From: Dehalococcoidia bacterium
GTDB lineage: Bacteria; Chloroflexota; Dehalococcoidia; Lucifugimonadales; UBA3495
DNA length: 64,000 nt
Reading direction: 5' to 3'
Assembly (NCBI GenBank): GCA_965204865.1
Contig: OZ242027.1
Span: forward strand, 3,011,986 to 3,075,985
Shown piece after piece: positions 1-9,271 of this stretch (its first letter is position 1; every line of letters begins with the position of its first letter). Position numbers and translations under genes: made by a program. A model generated the notes under the pieces. It was not told the DNA's origin. It ran no database searches and saw only the letters and a list, made by a program, of their open reading frames with translations.

Positions 1-1
1 C

Positions 2-790
2 GAGTACCGCGACGACGACCACGACGACACCGAAAAGACCTTCCTGGGCCACACCGGCAACTTCAACGGCGAGGACATCGTTCGCATCATCAGCGAGCAT
101 CCCGCCTGCGCCGGTTTTATCGCCCGCCACCTCTACAACTTCTTCGTGGCCGACGAAGCGCAGGTCCCCGCCTGGTCGGTGACCCCTCCCAACGACCCGG
201 AGGCCGTCGAGGCCATCGCCAACGCCCTGCGCGAAAACGACTACGACATGAAGGCTGCCCTGCGGCTCATCTTCAACTCCGACTTCTTCAAGAACGCCCG
301 CTTCGCCCGCCTCAAGAACCCCACCGAGGTCGTGGTCGGCACGCTGCGCATGGTGGGCGGCGCCGAGTTCCCGGCCCCCGGCATTGGCGACCTGTCCCGC
401 CAGCCCAGCTACATGGGCCAGGACCTGCTCAACCCGCCCAGCGTGGAAGGCTGGCACACCGGCGCCGAGTGGATTAACAGCGGCTCCCTGATGCGCCGCG
501 TCAACTTCACCGCCGACCTGGTGGGCGACGTTTCCCGCCCCGGCATCCGCTACATGGTTGACCGCCTCCAGGCCCAGGGCGTCCGCACCGCCGCCGAAGC
601 CGTGGACGGCTGCCTCGACCTGATGGGCCCGCTGGAAGTCACCAGCGAGAGCCGCGACGAGCTCATCGGCTTCGTCGGTGAGGGCGGCGAGTTCGCTTGG
701 GGCGCCGAGGGCGAAGTGGCCGATTCCACCCGCCGCGTCTCGGAGCTTTTGCAGCTCATCGTCTCCCTGCGTGAGTACCAGTACGCCTAA
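2..790 (+). CDS. DUF1800 domain-containing protein (5' end outside window)
   Basis: Frame 2 is open from the window edge (EYRDDDHDDTEKTFLGHTGNFNGEDIVRIISEHPACAGFIARHLYNFF...) into ORF 146..790. The sequence pattern and the DUF1501 gene directly downstream match the conserved DUF1800-DUF1501 pair. Confidence 0.75.
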   Translation, partial: EYRDDDHDDTEKTFLGHTGNFNGEDIVRIISEHPACAGFIARHLYNFFVADEAQVPAWSVTPPNDPEAVEAIANALRENDYDMKAALRLIFNSDFFKNARFARLKNPTEVVVGTLRMVGGAEFPAPGIGDLSRQPSYMGQDLLNPPSVEGWHTGAEWINSGSLMRRVNFTADLVGDVSRPGIRYMVDRLQAQGVRTAAEAVDGCLDLMGPLEVTSESRDELIGFVGEGGEFAWGAEGEVADSTRRVSELLQLIVSLREYQYA

Positions 791-906
791 CCGAGTTGGA
801 ATGCACGGGCGCGGGATCAGGATCCCGCGCCTGCCTGAACCGGTCAAGCAATCAAGAAGTCGCCCCGCCATTAGTACAAGAGACGGCGGCAGGAGGAAAT
901 ACAAGA

Positions 907-2034
907 ATGACCAGCACCAAGAAAGACCCGGTCCTGGTAGTGTTCCAGCTCACCGGGGGCAACGACTACCTGAACACCGTCATCCCATACAGCAACCCGC
1001 TGTACCGGGACAACCGCCCCGCCGTGGGCATCGCCGAAGAGCGCGTCATCCAGATTGACGACAAGATTGGCTTCCACCCGGAGATGGCCCCGCTGAAGCA
1101 CGTCTACGACCGCGGCGACATGGCCATCGTCCACGGCATCGGCTATGCCAACTCCCCCCGCTCCCACTTCCGCTCCATGGACATCTGGCACACCTGCGAG
1201 CCGGACAAGCTGGGAACCGAGGGCTGGCTGGGCCGCGCCACCCGCGACATAGACCCCAACAAGGAAAACGTCCTGACCACCGTCAGCTTCGGCCCCTCCC
1301 TGTTCCGCGCCCTGGCCCTGCCCGGCGTGCCGGTGGCGGTCGTTGACGACCTGGACAACTACGGCCTGCTGCCCAACATCGCCGGCGAGCAGCGCAACAA
1401 GGTCCTTGACCGCTTCGCCCGGATGTACTCCCCGGCCATCGGCTCCGGCGCAGTCATGGACTACATGGGCCAGACCGGTCTCGACACCCTCGAGGGCGCC
1501 GACATCCTGAAGGAAGCCCCCAGAATTTACTCCTCCGATGTCGAGTACCCGGACACGCCCATCGCCAAGAAGCTGAAGGGCATCGCCCAGGTGCACATGG
1601 CCGATTTCGGCACCCGCGTCTTCTACGTTGACCACGGCAGCTTCGACAGCCACTCCAACCAGACCGGTATGCACGACAAGCTGTGGTTCGACGTTTCCCA
1701 CGCTCTCGACGCCTTCCTGGACGACCTGAAGGAGCACAACGTCGACGACAACGTCGTGGTGCTGATGTTCACCGAGTTCGGCCGCCGCACCCACGACAAC
1801 GGCTCCGGCACCGACCACGGCGCCGGCGGCGCAGCCTTCATGTTCGGCTCCGGCGTCAAGGGCGGCCAGTACAGCGAAATGCCCTCCATGGAAGAGAAGG
1901 ACTTGGAGCAGGGCGACGTCGTCCCCAACTACGACTACCGCGGCCTGTACACCACCGTCCTCGAAGACTGGATGGGCCTGGACGCCAAGCCCCTGGTGGG
2001 CGGAACCTACGAAAAGCTGCCCATCCTGGCCTAA
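907..2034 (+). CDS. DUF1501 domain-containing protein (sulfatase-like fold)
   Basis: ATG at 907 is preceded by GGAGGA. VVFQLTGGNDYLNTVIPY near the N-terminus and TEFGRR...GTDHG near the C-terminus are typical of DUF1501. Confidence 0.85.
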   Translation: MTSTKKDPVLVVFQLTGGNDYLNTVIPYSNPLYRDNRPAVGIAEERVIQIDDKIGFHPEMAPLKHVYDRGDMAIVHGIGYANSPRSHFRSMDIWHTCEPDKLGTEGWLGRATRDIDPNKENVLTTVSFGPSLFRALALPGVPVAVVDDLDNYGLLPNIAGEQRNKVLDRFARMYSPAIGSGAVMDYMGQTGLDTLEGADILKEAPRIYSSDVEYPDTPIAKKLKGIAQVHMADFGTRVFYVDHGSFDSHSNQTGMHDKLWFDVSHALDAFLDDLKEHNVDDNVVVLMFTEFGRRTHDNGSGTDHGAGGAAFMFGSGVKGGQYSEMPSMEEKDLEQGDVVPNYDYRGLYTTVLEDWMGLDAKPLVGGTYEKLPILA

Positions 2035-2129
2035 GCGCGCCAATCTTTCGGCAGAATCCAAGTGTAGGGGCGGGTTTTGATACCCGCCCTTACGCCACAC
2101 GCTTCTACCCGTACAAGGGAGGATAATCA

Positions 2130-3194
2130 ATGCTAACGGAAACAGTGGCCGGCCGCACCTTCGATTACAGCCATAACGTGGGCCGCGGCGCGCAGACCGG
2201 CATGGGCTTCAACACCCCGGTGGCCCTGACCATCGGCCCCGACGGAGTGGTCTACGTCGCCAACCGCGGCAGCGAGTCCATCAGCAACGTGGGTTGGAAC
2301 CGCACCGGCGTTGGACAGCGCATCTCCAGGGTCACCCTCGGCGGCACCTGGGGCGAGGAAGAGTACCTGGGCGAGTTCAGCCGCTACGGCAACAACGACG
2401 GGCAGGTAATCTGGCCCGCCGGCATTGTTGCCGACAAGGACGGCAACCTCTATGTTGCCGACGAATGGCTCAACCGCATCTCGGTCTTCGACGCCGACGG
2501 CAACTACCAGCGCCACTTCTCCACCGTACCGGCCGACGACGCCGGGGAGAACGGAAGCTGCGGAATCGCCATCTCCACCGACGGTACTCTGTTCGTAACC
2601 GACGGGCGCAGCCATCAGGTCCGCAAGTTCACCACCGGCGGCGCATTCATCGGTTCCTTCGGCAGCAAGGGCTCCGGCGAGGGCGAGTTCGACTCCCCTT
2701 GGGGAATCACCATAGACAACAATGGCTATGTCTACGTGGCCGACTCCGGCAACCACCGGGTGCAGAAGCTGACCCAGGACGGGCAGTTCGTAGCCCAGTT
2801 CGGTCGCCCCGGCACCAAGCGCGGCGAAATCAACTACCCCTCCGACGTCGCTGTTGACCCCGAGGGCGATGTCTACGTCTGCGACTGGAGCGACAACCGC
2901 TGGGGCAAGGGTAGAGTCCACATCTTCGACGCCGACGGCAAGTTCCTGACCAGCCTGGTCGGCGACGCCCAGCAGCTCTCCGCCTGGGCGCAGATGACGG
3001 TGGACGCCAACGCCGACTACGCCAAGCGCCGCCGCGAGGTGCGCACTACCGAGCCGGAATGGACCTTCGCCCAGCCCACAGCCATCGAATACGACACCGA
3101 GAACAACAGGCTGATAGTGGTGGACACCCAGCGCAGCCGAATCCAGATCTACAACAAGCTCAGCCGCTACCTCATCCCTCAGCTCAACCTCTGA
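2130..3194 (+). CDS. NHL repeat-containing beta-propeller protein
   Basis: Repeated G-x-G-x-F-x-x-P-x-G-[IV]-x-[VI]-D-x-x-G-x-[VL]-Y-V-[AC]-D units (for example GEGEFDSPWGITIDNNGYVYVADSGNHRVQKL). RBS GGGAGG lies upstream. Confidence 0.8.
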   Translation: MLTETVAGRTFDYSHNVGRGAQTGMGFNTPVALTIGPDGVVYVANRGSESISNVGWNRTGVGQRISRVTLGGTWGEEEYLGEFSRYGNNDGQVIWPAGIVADKDGNLYVADEWLNRISVFDADGNYQRHFSTVPADDAGENGSCGIAISTDGTLFVTDGRSHQVRKFTTGGAFIGSFGSKGSGEGEFDSPWGITIDNNGYVYVADSGNHRVQKLTQDGQFVAQFGRPGTKRGEINYPSDVAVDPEGDVYVCDWSDNRWGKGRVHIFDADGKFLTSLVGDAQQLSAWAQMTVDANADYAKRRREVRTTEPEWTFAQPTAIEYDTENNRLIVVDTQRSRIQIYNKLSRYLIPQLNL

Positions 3195-3287
3195 TCCCTT
3201 CCCTGCGAAAGCGCAGAAAAGCGAAAGTCCGCCGGGTTAGCTGCTAGGCCGCCCGGCGGACTCTTGCGTTAATTCCATCCAGCCCTT

Positions 3288-3680
3288 TCACAGGAATCGA
3301 CGGGGCAGCGGGCTGATATGCTCTTCCAGCCAAGGTAGGAGATTGACGAACCGCACGGTTCCCTCATCAAAGAGTTGCATAAAGAACTCGTAAGCCGCGA
3401 AGTCATCACAGTCAATGAAGAATCCGTTCAGGTTCAGAAATATCTCCGTTGCTGCAGTCGCGGTACGCTTGTTGCCGTCTACGAAGGGATGATTGTTGCA
3501 CAGACTCTCCATCAATGCTGCGGCTTCGGCTGCCAAGCTGTCATAGTATCCCATCCTGGGACGCGCAACAGCCGACGCCAACGCGCCCTCGTCCCGTACC
3601 CCAAAGGCGCCGCCAAACTCTCTAACCAGTTCGTCGTGGATGTGAATAACTTGTCCGATGGTGAGAAATTGACGTGTCAT
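3288..3680 (-). CDS. doc: type II toxin Doc (Fic/death-on-curing family)
   Basis: Doc-type Fic motif HPFVDGNKRTA. 130 aa. Lower GC than flanks. ATGA overlap with the upstream small gene. Confidence 0.85.
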   Translation of the reverse strand: MTRQFLTIGQVIHIHDELVREFGGAFGVRDEGALASAVARPRMGYYDSLAAEAAALMESLCNNHPFVDGNKRTATAATEIFLNLNGFFIDCDDFAAYEFFMQLFDEGTVRFVNLLPWLEEHISPLPRRFL

Positions 3681-3907
3681 TGCGCAAGCAACTCATACAG
3701 GCGCCGATGGCGTTCGATACTGGCCCTGAGATGCGCGGCTACTTCAGGCCTCACTCCTTCGGATTGGTGGAGCCTGATGTAGACGAGTACGGCATCCTCA
3801 AGCACCGCCTGGAGGTCTCGCCCGTCATCGTTGGCGATTTGGCGCAGGCAGGTCAGCAGCGCGGCGTCAGCCTGGATGGTAACCTCTTCCCGATTCACTG
3901 TTGCCAT
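3677..3907 (-). CDS. putative antitoxin partner of Doc
   Basis: 76-aa ORF overlaps the doc start by 4 nt (ATGA). Position and size fit an antitoxin. The fold is not recognisable by eye. Confidence 0.6.
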   Translation of the reverse strand: MATVNREEVTIQADAALLTCLRQIANDDGRDLQAVLEDAVLVYIRLHQSEGVRPEVAAHLRASIERHRRLYELLAQ

Positions 3908-3973
3908 TTCCCACCTCCATATAGCATCATCGTATCACATTGTCCTAGACCAACTTCAAGCGGGTAACAGCTT

Positions 3974-4297
3974 ATGGACCCAGACCGCGAGCAACACTTC
4001 CTTCGCATGGCGGCAGAGCAGCCCGACGTCCTCTGCGCCGACGCGCCGGACGAGATCCTCGAAGCCTGCGCCGTCGAGGTGGAGCCGACGGACTTCCTCG
4101 AACAGTATTTCGCCGCCGGGCATTCGGCCTGGCTGGCTCACAAGCATGGGCGGCGCATCAACAAGCCGCAAATCCTCGTTGACCAGGCCATCCTCGTACT
4201 CTACCGCCGCGCCTGCCTGCTCAACACCGCCCGTCTCATGGGACAGACCAGCGAATACGCCAACCAGCCCTTTTTCTCCGACGAAGAACTATATTAG
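3974..4297 (+). CDS. hypothetical protein
   Basis: 107-aa ORF with strong G/C third-position bias like neighbouring genes. No recognisable motif. Confidence 0.4.
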   Translation: MDPDREQHFLRMAAEQPDVLCADAPDEILEACAVEVEPTDFLEQYFAAGHSAWLAHKHGRRINKPQILVDQAILVLYRRACLLNTARLMGQTSEYANQPFFSDEELY

Positions 4298-4418
4298 CGG
4301 GCGGGTGGCCAGTCCCCTCTCCCTCCGGGAGAGGGTTAGGGTGAGGGCGTATCATCGAACCGCTCTGCGCCCACATCCCCTTCGTAGTACAATCATCGCA
4401 ATCCAAGTCCCTGGAGGA

Positions 4419-6077
4419 ATGATGCAGGGAAAGACTGCCATCGCCAACATTCTCAAGCAGGAAGGCGTGGAACTGGCCTTCTGCTTCCCCAACAACACGC
4501 TGATTGACGCCATTGCCGCCGCCGGCATCCGCCCGGTCATCGCCCGCATGGAGCGCGGCGCGGTCAACATGGCCGACGCATACAGCCGCATCAACAACGG
4601 CCACAAGACCGGCGTCTGCATCGTGCAGGCTGGCCCCGGCATCGAAAACGCCTTCCCTGGCGTGGCCCAGGCATACGCCGACAGCGTGCCCATCCTGATG
4701 CTCCCGGGACACGAAGGCTCCAGCCGTACCACCATGACCTCCGACTTCTCCGCCACTCGCAACTACGGCGGCGTAACCAAGTGGGCCGGAATGATTAACT
4801 CCCCGGAGCGGGTGCCGCAGATGCTGCGCCGCGCCTTCACCCAGCTCCGCGCCGGCCCTTCCGGTCCGGTAGTGCTGGAAACCCCCACGGACGTGATGAA
4901 CGGCGAGATTGACGAGTCCGACTTCTTCTACACCCCCATCACCAAGCGCCGCACCGCCGCCGACCCGGTGGACGCCGCGAGAGTGGCCCGCCGCCTGATG
5001 GACGCCGCCCGCCCGGTAATCTACGCCGGACAGGGCGTGCTTTACGCCGAGGCCACTCCGGAGCTGGTGGAGCTGTCGGAACTGCTCAACGCCCCGGTAA
5101 TGACCACCACCCTAGGCAAGAGCGGCTTCCCGGAGAACCACCCCCTGTCCCTGGGCACCGGCGGCAACACCGGCACCCGCGCCGTCGGCGAGTTCCTTCG
5201 CAAGTCCGACCTGGTATTCGGCATCGGCACCAGCTTCAACAAGACCCTGGCATCGGCCCCGGTGCCAGTGGGCAAGGCGATCATTCAGTCCACGGTGGAC
5301 GACCGCGACCTGAACGGGGAATACGGCCTCGAAGATATGCTCCTCGGCGACGCCAAGCTGGTGCTGCAACAGCTTATTGACGAGGTCAAGAACGCCCTCG
5401 GCGACAACGGACGGCGTCCTTCGACAGGCTCAGGACAATCGGAGACCGCCGCCGAAATAGCGTCCATCAAGCAGGAGTGGCTGGCCGAGTGGATGCCGCG
5501 CCTCACCTCCAACGACATTCCCATCAGCCCCTACCGCGTAGTCTGGGAACTGAACAACGGGCTGGACAAGGCCAACAGCATAGTCACCCACGACTCCGGC
5601 AACCCCCGCGACCAGATAGTGCCCTTCTACGAAGCCACCACGCCCCGCGGCTATATCGGCTGGGGCAACTCGACCCAGTTGGGCGCGGGCCTCGGCTACG
5701 CCATGGGCGCAAAGCTCGCCGCCCCGGAAAAGACCGTGGTCAACCTGATGGGCGACACCGCCGTAGGAATGTGCGGCACCGACTTCGAGACCGCCAGCCG
5801 CAACAAGATAGGCACCATCACGGTCATCATCAACAACGGCGCAATGGGCGGCTACGAAAAGAACATCCCCATCGCCGTCGAAAAATACGGCTCCAAGTTC
5901 CTCACCGGCGACTACACCAAGATGGCCGACAGCCTCGGCTGCCACGCCGAGACCATCACCCAGCCCGCCGACATCGCCCCGGCCCTCGCCCGCGCCCAAG
6001 ACATCGCCGCAGGCGGCCAGCCGGTGGTGCTGGAAATCATCACGCGGGAAGAGCCAGTGTTCTCGCGGTATTATTAG
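4419..6077 (+). CDS. thiamine pyrophosphate-binding enzyme (acetolactate synthase-like family)
   Basis: The long ORF 3831..6077 is trimmed to MMQGKTAIANILKQEGVELAFCFP, a typical TPP N-domain start. A GDTAVGM...NNG TPP-binding motif is present. The true start could be 4419 or 4422. Confidence 0.85.
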   Translation: MMQGKTAIANILKQEGVELAFCFPNNTLIDAIAAAGIRPVIARMERGAVNMADAYSRINNGHKTGVCIVQAGPGIENAFPGVAQAYADSVPILMLPGHEGSSRTTMTSDFSATRNYGGVTKWAGMINSPERVPQMLRRAFTQLRAGPSGPVVLETPTDVMNGEIDESDFFYTPITKRRTAADPVDAARVARRLMDAARPVIYAGQGVLYAEATPELVELSELLNAPVMTTTLGKSGFPENHPLSLGTGGNTGTRAVGEFLRKSDLVFGIGTSFNKTLASAPVPVGKAIIQSTVDDRDLNGEYGLEDMLLGDAKLVLQQLIDEVKNALGDNGRRPSTGSGQSETAAEIASIKQEWLAEWMPRLTSNDIPISPYRVVWELNNGLDKANSIVTHDSGNPRDQIVPFYEATTPRGYIGWGNSTQLGAGLGYAMGAKLAAPEKTVVNLMGDTAVGMCGTDFETASRNKIGTITVIINNGAMGGYEKNIPIAVEKYGSKFLTGDYTKMADSLGCHAETITQPADIAPALARAQDIAAGGQPVVLEIITREEPVFSRYY

Positions 6078-6100
6078 GTCATTCCTTCTTGGAGAATGGC

Positions 6101-6832
6101 ATGGATGATTATGTCATCAGCAACTCCGGGGTTAAGGTGTGGAAAACCCCGGAGTCCCATCCATTGCTAAGACAAACCGACACAACTCATCCGGCGTTCA
6201 AGGACAAACTCGCTGAAATTTATTCAAGGGGGCGAGTGAAGGGGCTTCCAAGAATTTGCAGCGTGAATTCCGAGGATGCGAGAACTTGGCACTATTTCAG
6301 CCCACTATTCTCTGATAACCGGAGAAAAGAGCTGGAATTAACATCTTTGTTGCGTCAAGCATTCCCTGAAACTCTGACAGCCAAAGTGCTAGAAACTGTC
6401 CTGTGCGCCGGGTTTGAGTTTTGGCAAAAGATTAACCCACCACCCAGCCGCCTAATAAAGGAAGGCCCATCTGAGCCAGACCTGCTGATAACCTTGGGGC
6501 AACACGCTATCGCACTTGTTGAAGCGAAATATCTTTCCAACGTCAGTGAGAAAACCACCTACGATAAAACACGAGATCAAGTAATTCGACTACTTGACGT
6601 TGGTTCCTGGTACGCAAAACAAGGCGGATATGATTCCAGCTACGTCATCGTGCTGCAATACGGTGACGCCCAAACCAATGCTGAAGAAATCGTCAGCCGC
6701 TATGCTGGGAAACCGGAGGCTATTCAGCGAGCCTTGCCCTACCGAACTGATTTGACAGAAGCAGACTATCAGCGATTGTCCCGCTCAGTGGCCTTTGTGC
6801 GCTGGTCCAATCCGCTGGATGAAGAACAATGA
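6101..6832 (+). CDS. hypothetical protein with PD-(D/E)xK nuclease-like motif
   Basis: ATG 6101 lies 6 nt after GGAG. The motif is EPDLLITLGQHAIALVEAKYLS (D...E-x-K), preceded by SEDARTWHYF. Clearly lower GC than flanks. Confidence 0.55.
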   Translation: MDDYVISNSGVKVWKTPESHPLLRQTDTTHPAFKDKLAEIYSRGRVKGLPRICSVNSEDARTWHYFSPLFSDNRRKELELTSLLRQAFPETLTAKVLETVLCAGFEFWQKINPPPSRLIKEGPSEPDLLITLGQHAIALVEAKYLSNVSEKTTYDKTRDQVIRLLDVGSWYAKQGGYDSSYVIVLQYGDAQTNAEEIVSRYAGKPEAIQRALPYRTDLTEADYQRLSRSVAFVRWSNPLDEEQ

Positions 6833-7578
6833 CCCGCACCGTAACCGACCCCGCCTCCGCCAACCGGGGCAGCCGCCGATGGCTGCAAGTCCTGGTCAAC
6901 TGCCGCCCCGGGCTGCTGGACGACGCGATTTGCCAGCGGCTGCCAGAGGCGCCCGGCGATATTGACTGGCGCTCGCCGGTGGCCGCCGACCACTATGCAG
7001 AGTACCGGGATCAGTCCTTCCTCGACCGGCTGGCCGGGTCGCCTTACTACCGTCCCCTGTCACAGGCGCAGCATGACCTGTCCGACTTCTGGCCCCGGTT
7101 CGGCCCGCAATGGGACGGCCTTGCCGTTACCGACAGGGGGCAGATTATCCTCGTCGAGGCGAAAGCCCACATCCCTGAGATGGTCACCGCTCCGGGGCAG
7201 GCGCGGGGAGAGACGGCGCGGCAGCGGATTCAGGACAGCCTGCAAACAGTCAAGTCCTTTGTAGAATCCAAGTCACCCGCCGACTGGTCGGCCAGCTTTT
7301 ACCAGTACGCCAACCGCCTGGCCCATCTGTACTGGCTGCGGGAGCTTAACGGCCACGACGCCTATCTGGTCAACCTGTTCTTTCTCAACGACTCCGAAAT
7401 GAACGGCCCCAAGTCCGTTGAAGAATGGCAGGCCGCCATCCGGTTGCAGGAAACGTTTATGGGAGTGCGCCAAGCCGCGCAGACCGGCTACGCGCTGCAC
7501 CCCTGGGTTGGAGCCTACGTCCTAGACGTGTTCATTGACACCAATGACATACCCGTCCGTTATCCGCCGCCAATTTAG
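6829..7578 (+). CDS. hypothetical protein with PD-(D/E)xK nuclease-like motif
   Basis: ATGA overlap with the upstream gene. The motif is GPQWDGLAVTDRGQIILVEAKAHIPE (D...E-x-K). Confidence 0.55.
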   Translation: MTRTVTDPASANRGSRRWLQVLVNCRPGLLDDAICQRLPEAPGDIDWRSPVAADHYAEYRDQSFLDRLAGSPYYRPLSQAQHDLSDFWPRFGPQWDGLAVTDRGQIILVEAKAHIPEMVTAPGQARGETARQRIQDSLQTVKSFVESKSPADWSASFYQYANRLAHLYWLRELNGHDAYLVNLFFLNDSEMNGPKSVEEWQAAIRLQETFMGVRQAAQTGYALHPWVGAYVLDVFIDTNDIPVRYPPPI

Positions 7579-7598
7579 CCCGCAAAGGAGCTGCCGCC

Positions 7599-8792
7599 AT
7601 GCCAGAGAAGTTCAGCTACGATGGACTGTTCGCCGCCGGAGTGCCCGAAGTAGTGCCCGGCAAGACCCGCCACGCCAGGTACGACTTCGCCGTCGCCTAC
7701 CCTAACCCCGACACCCTGCCGCTGGACGGGCTGGCCGACGCGGTTCGCAGCGTGCTGTCGCGGGAGGGCCGCGACCTAGCCTACTACACTGACCCCGGCG
7801 GATACCTGCCCCTCCGGCAACTGGTGGCGGAGCGCCTGCGCGCCAGCCGCAACATGACCGTAGACCCCGAGGGCCTGGTTCTGACCGGCGGCTCCGGCGA
7901 GGCCATTTCCATGGTCATCCAGGCCCTCACCGACCCCGGCGACACGGTGTTGACCGAGGAGTTCCTGTACCTCGGCACCCTGCGCTCCCTGCGCCGCTAC
8001 AAGGCCAACGTGGTGGGCGTCAAGTGCGACGATGACGGCATCATCCCCGAAGACCTGGACGCCACCATCCAGCGGCTCAAGGGCGAGGGCCGCAAGGTCA
8101 AGTACCTCTACACCATCCCCACCTTCCAGAACCCCCTGGGCTGGACCATGACATTGGAGCGCCGCAAGAAGGTGCTGGAAGTCACCCGCCAGCACGGCGT
8201 CCCGGTGTTCGAGGACGACTGCTACATTGACCTGCGCTTCGAGGGCGAGGACGTCGCTTCCTTCCACTCGCTGGACGACACCGGGCAGGTGATTTACGTC
8301 GGCTCCTTCTCCAAGACCATCGCTCCGGGGATGCGCATGGGCTACCTGGTGGCCCCGCCCGAGGTCATCAGCCGCGCCTGGGCCTTCAAGATGGGCGGCG
8401 CCGTCAACCACTTCGCCGCCCTCACCATCGCCGAGTACATGAACCACGGCGACCTGGAAGGCCACGTGCGCGAGCAGAACGAAACGCTGCGGGCCAAGCG
8501 CGACGCCATGCTGGCCTCGCTGGGCGAAAACTTCGGCGACGCCGCCGCCTGGACCAAGCCCGAGGGCGGCCTCTACGTCTGGCTGACCCTGCCCCAAGGC
8601 GCAGACCTGGAAGCCATCCAAGAGCAGGCGTTCCAGGAAGGCGTCGGCTACTACTCCGGTGTGCCGTTCTCGCCCGAGGGCCGCGGACACAACTCCGCCC
8701 GCCTCTGTTTCGGCTACCCCACGCCGGAGGAAAACTATGAGGGCGTCGCCGAGCTGGCCCGCATCCTGGAACGCCACGGGGTCATGGGCTAG
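7599..8792 (+). CDS. PLP-dependent aminotransferase (class I/II fold)
   Basis: SFSKTIAPGMRMGYLVAP PLP-lysine region. 397 aa. Confidence 0.85.
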   Translation: MPEKFSYDGLFAAGVPEVVPGKTRHARYDFAVAYPNPDTLPLDGLADAVRSVLSREGRDLAYYTDPGGYLPLRQLVAERLRASRNMTVDPEGLVLTGGSGEAISMVIQALTDPGDTVLTEEFLYLGTLRSLRRYKANVVGVKCDDDGIIPEDLDATIQRLKGEGRKVKYLYTIPTFQNPLGWTMTLERRKKVLEVTRQHGVPVFEDDCYIDLRFEGEDVASFHSLDDTGQVIYVGSFSKTIAPGMRMGYLVAPPEVISRAWAFKMGGAVNHFAALTIAEYMNHGDLEGHVREQNETLRAKRDAMLASLGENFGDAAAWTKPEGGLYVWLTLPQGADLEAIQEQAFQEGVGYYSGVPFSPEGRGHNSARLCFGYPTPEENYEGVAELARILERHGVMG

Positions 8793-8798
8793 GGTGGC

Positions 8799-9260
8799 CT
8801 AACCCCGAGGCATCAACTCGATTCCCAGCCCGTTGGGGTCCCTCAAGTAGAGGGAATGGCCCACTTCCTGGTACTTGACCCGGTTGGCATCCAGCCGGGT
8901 CTTCACTTTCTCGAAACTGTCGCGAGGGATGGGCATGGCGATGTGCATCACGTTGCCCACTCCCTCGGGCGCGCGGCGTTGCAGCCGGGGAACGTCGGGG
9001 AAGTCGAAAAACGCCAGGGTCATGCCGTTGCCGATGGCCACGTTCATGTGGGTCGACTCGGCCACGTCCCGGTTGGGCGTCACCCGCGTCACCGGCATTC
9101 CCATCACCTCGCTGTAGAAGCGGGCGGTCTGCTCCAGGTCCTTGGCGAAGACCGCAATGTGGTCGACTCCGCCGGTGGGGGCATCGGCGGCGCCCTCGGC
9201 GGGAATCATCGCCTGCAGCCTTTCGCGCTTGGCCTCGATGTCTTGGGCAGATGCAGTCAT
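8799..9260 (-). CDS. VOC family protein (glyoxalase/dioxygenase fold)
   Basis: GVDHIAVFAKDLEQTARFYSEVMGMPV is a typical VOC N-terminus. Start chosen at ATG 9260 (GGAGGA 4 nt upstream). An alternative ATG at 9272 overlaps the upstream stop (TGATG). Confidence 0.75.
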   Translation of the reverse strand: MTASAQDIEAKRERLQAMIPAEGAADAPTGGVDHIAVFAKDLEQTARFYSEVMGMPVTRVTPNRDVAESTHMNVAIGNGMTLAFFDFPDVPRLQRRAPEGVGNVMHIAMPIPRDSFEKVKTRLDANRVKYQEVGHSLYLRDPNGLGIELMPRG

Positions 9261-9271
9261 GGCGTCCTCCA

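Noticed and set aside
871-2130. Long antisense or off-frame ORFs opposite well-supported genes. Examples: 871..2130(-), 2133..2921(-), 11439..12935(+), 13786..15156(-), 38613..40085(+), 51791..53269(+), 56630..57703(-), 59025..60491(-).
   Set aside because: These are typical high-GC shadow ORFs. Their translations are Arg/Ala/Gly/Pro-rich and low in complexity. Each is fully overlapped by a gene with clear family motifs on the other strand or frame.
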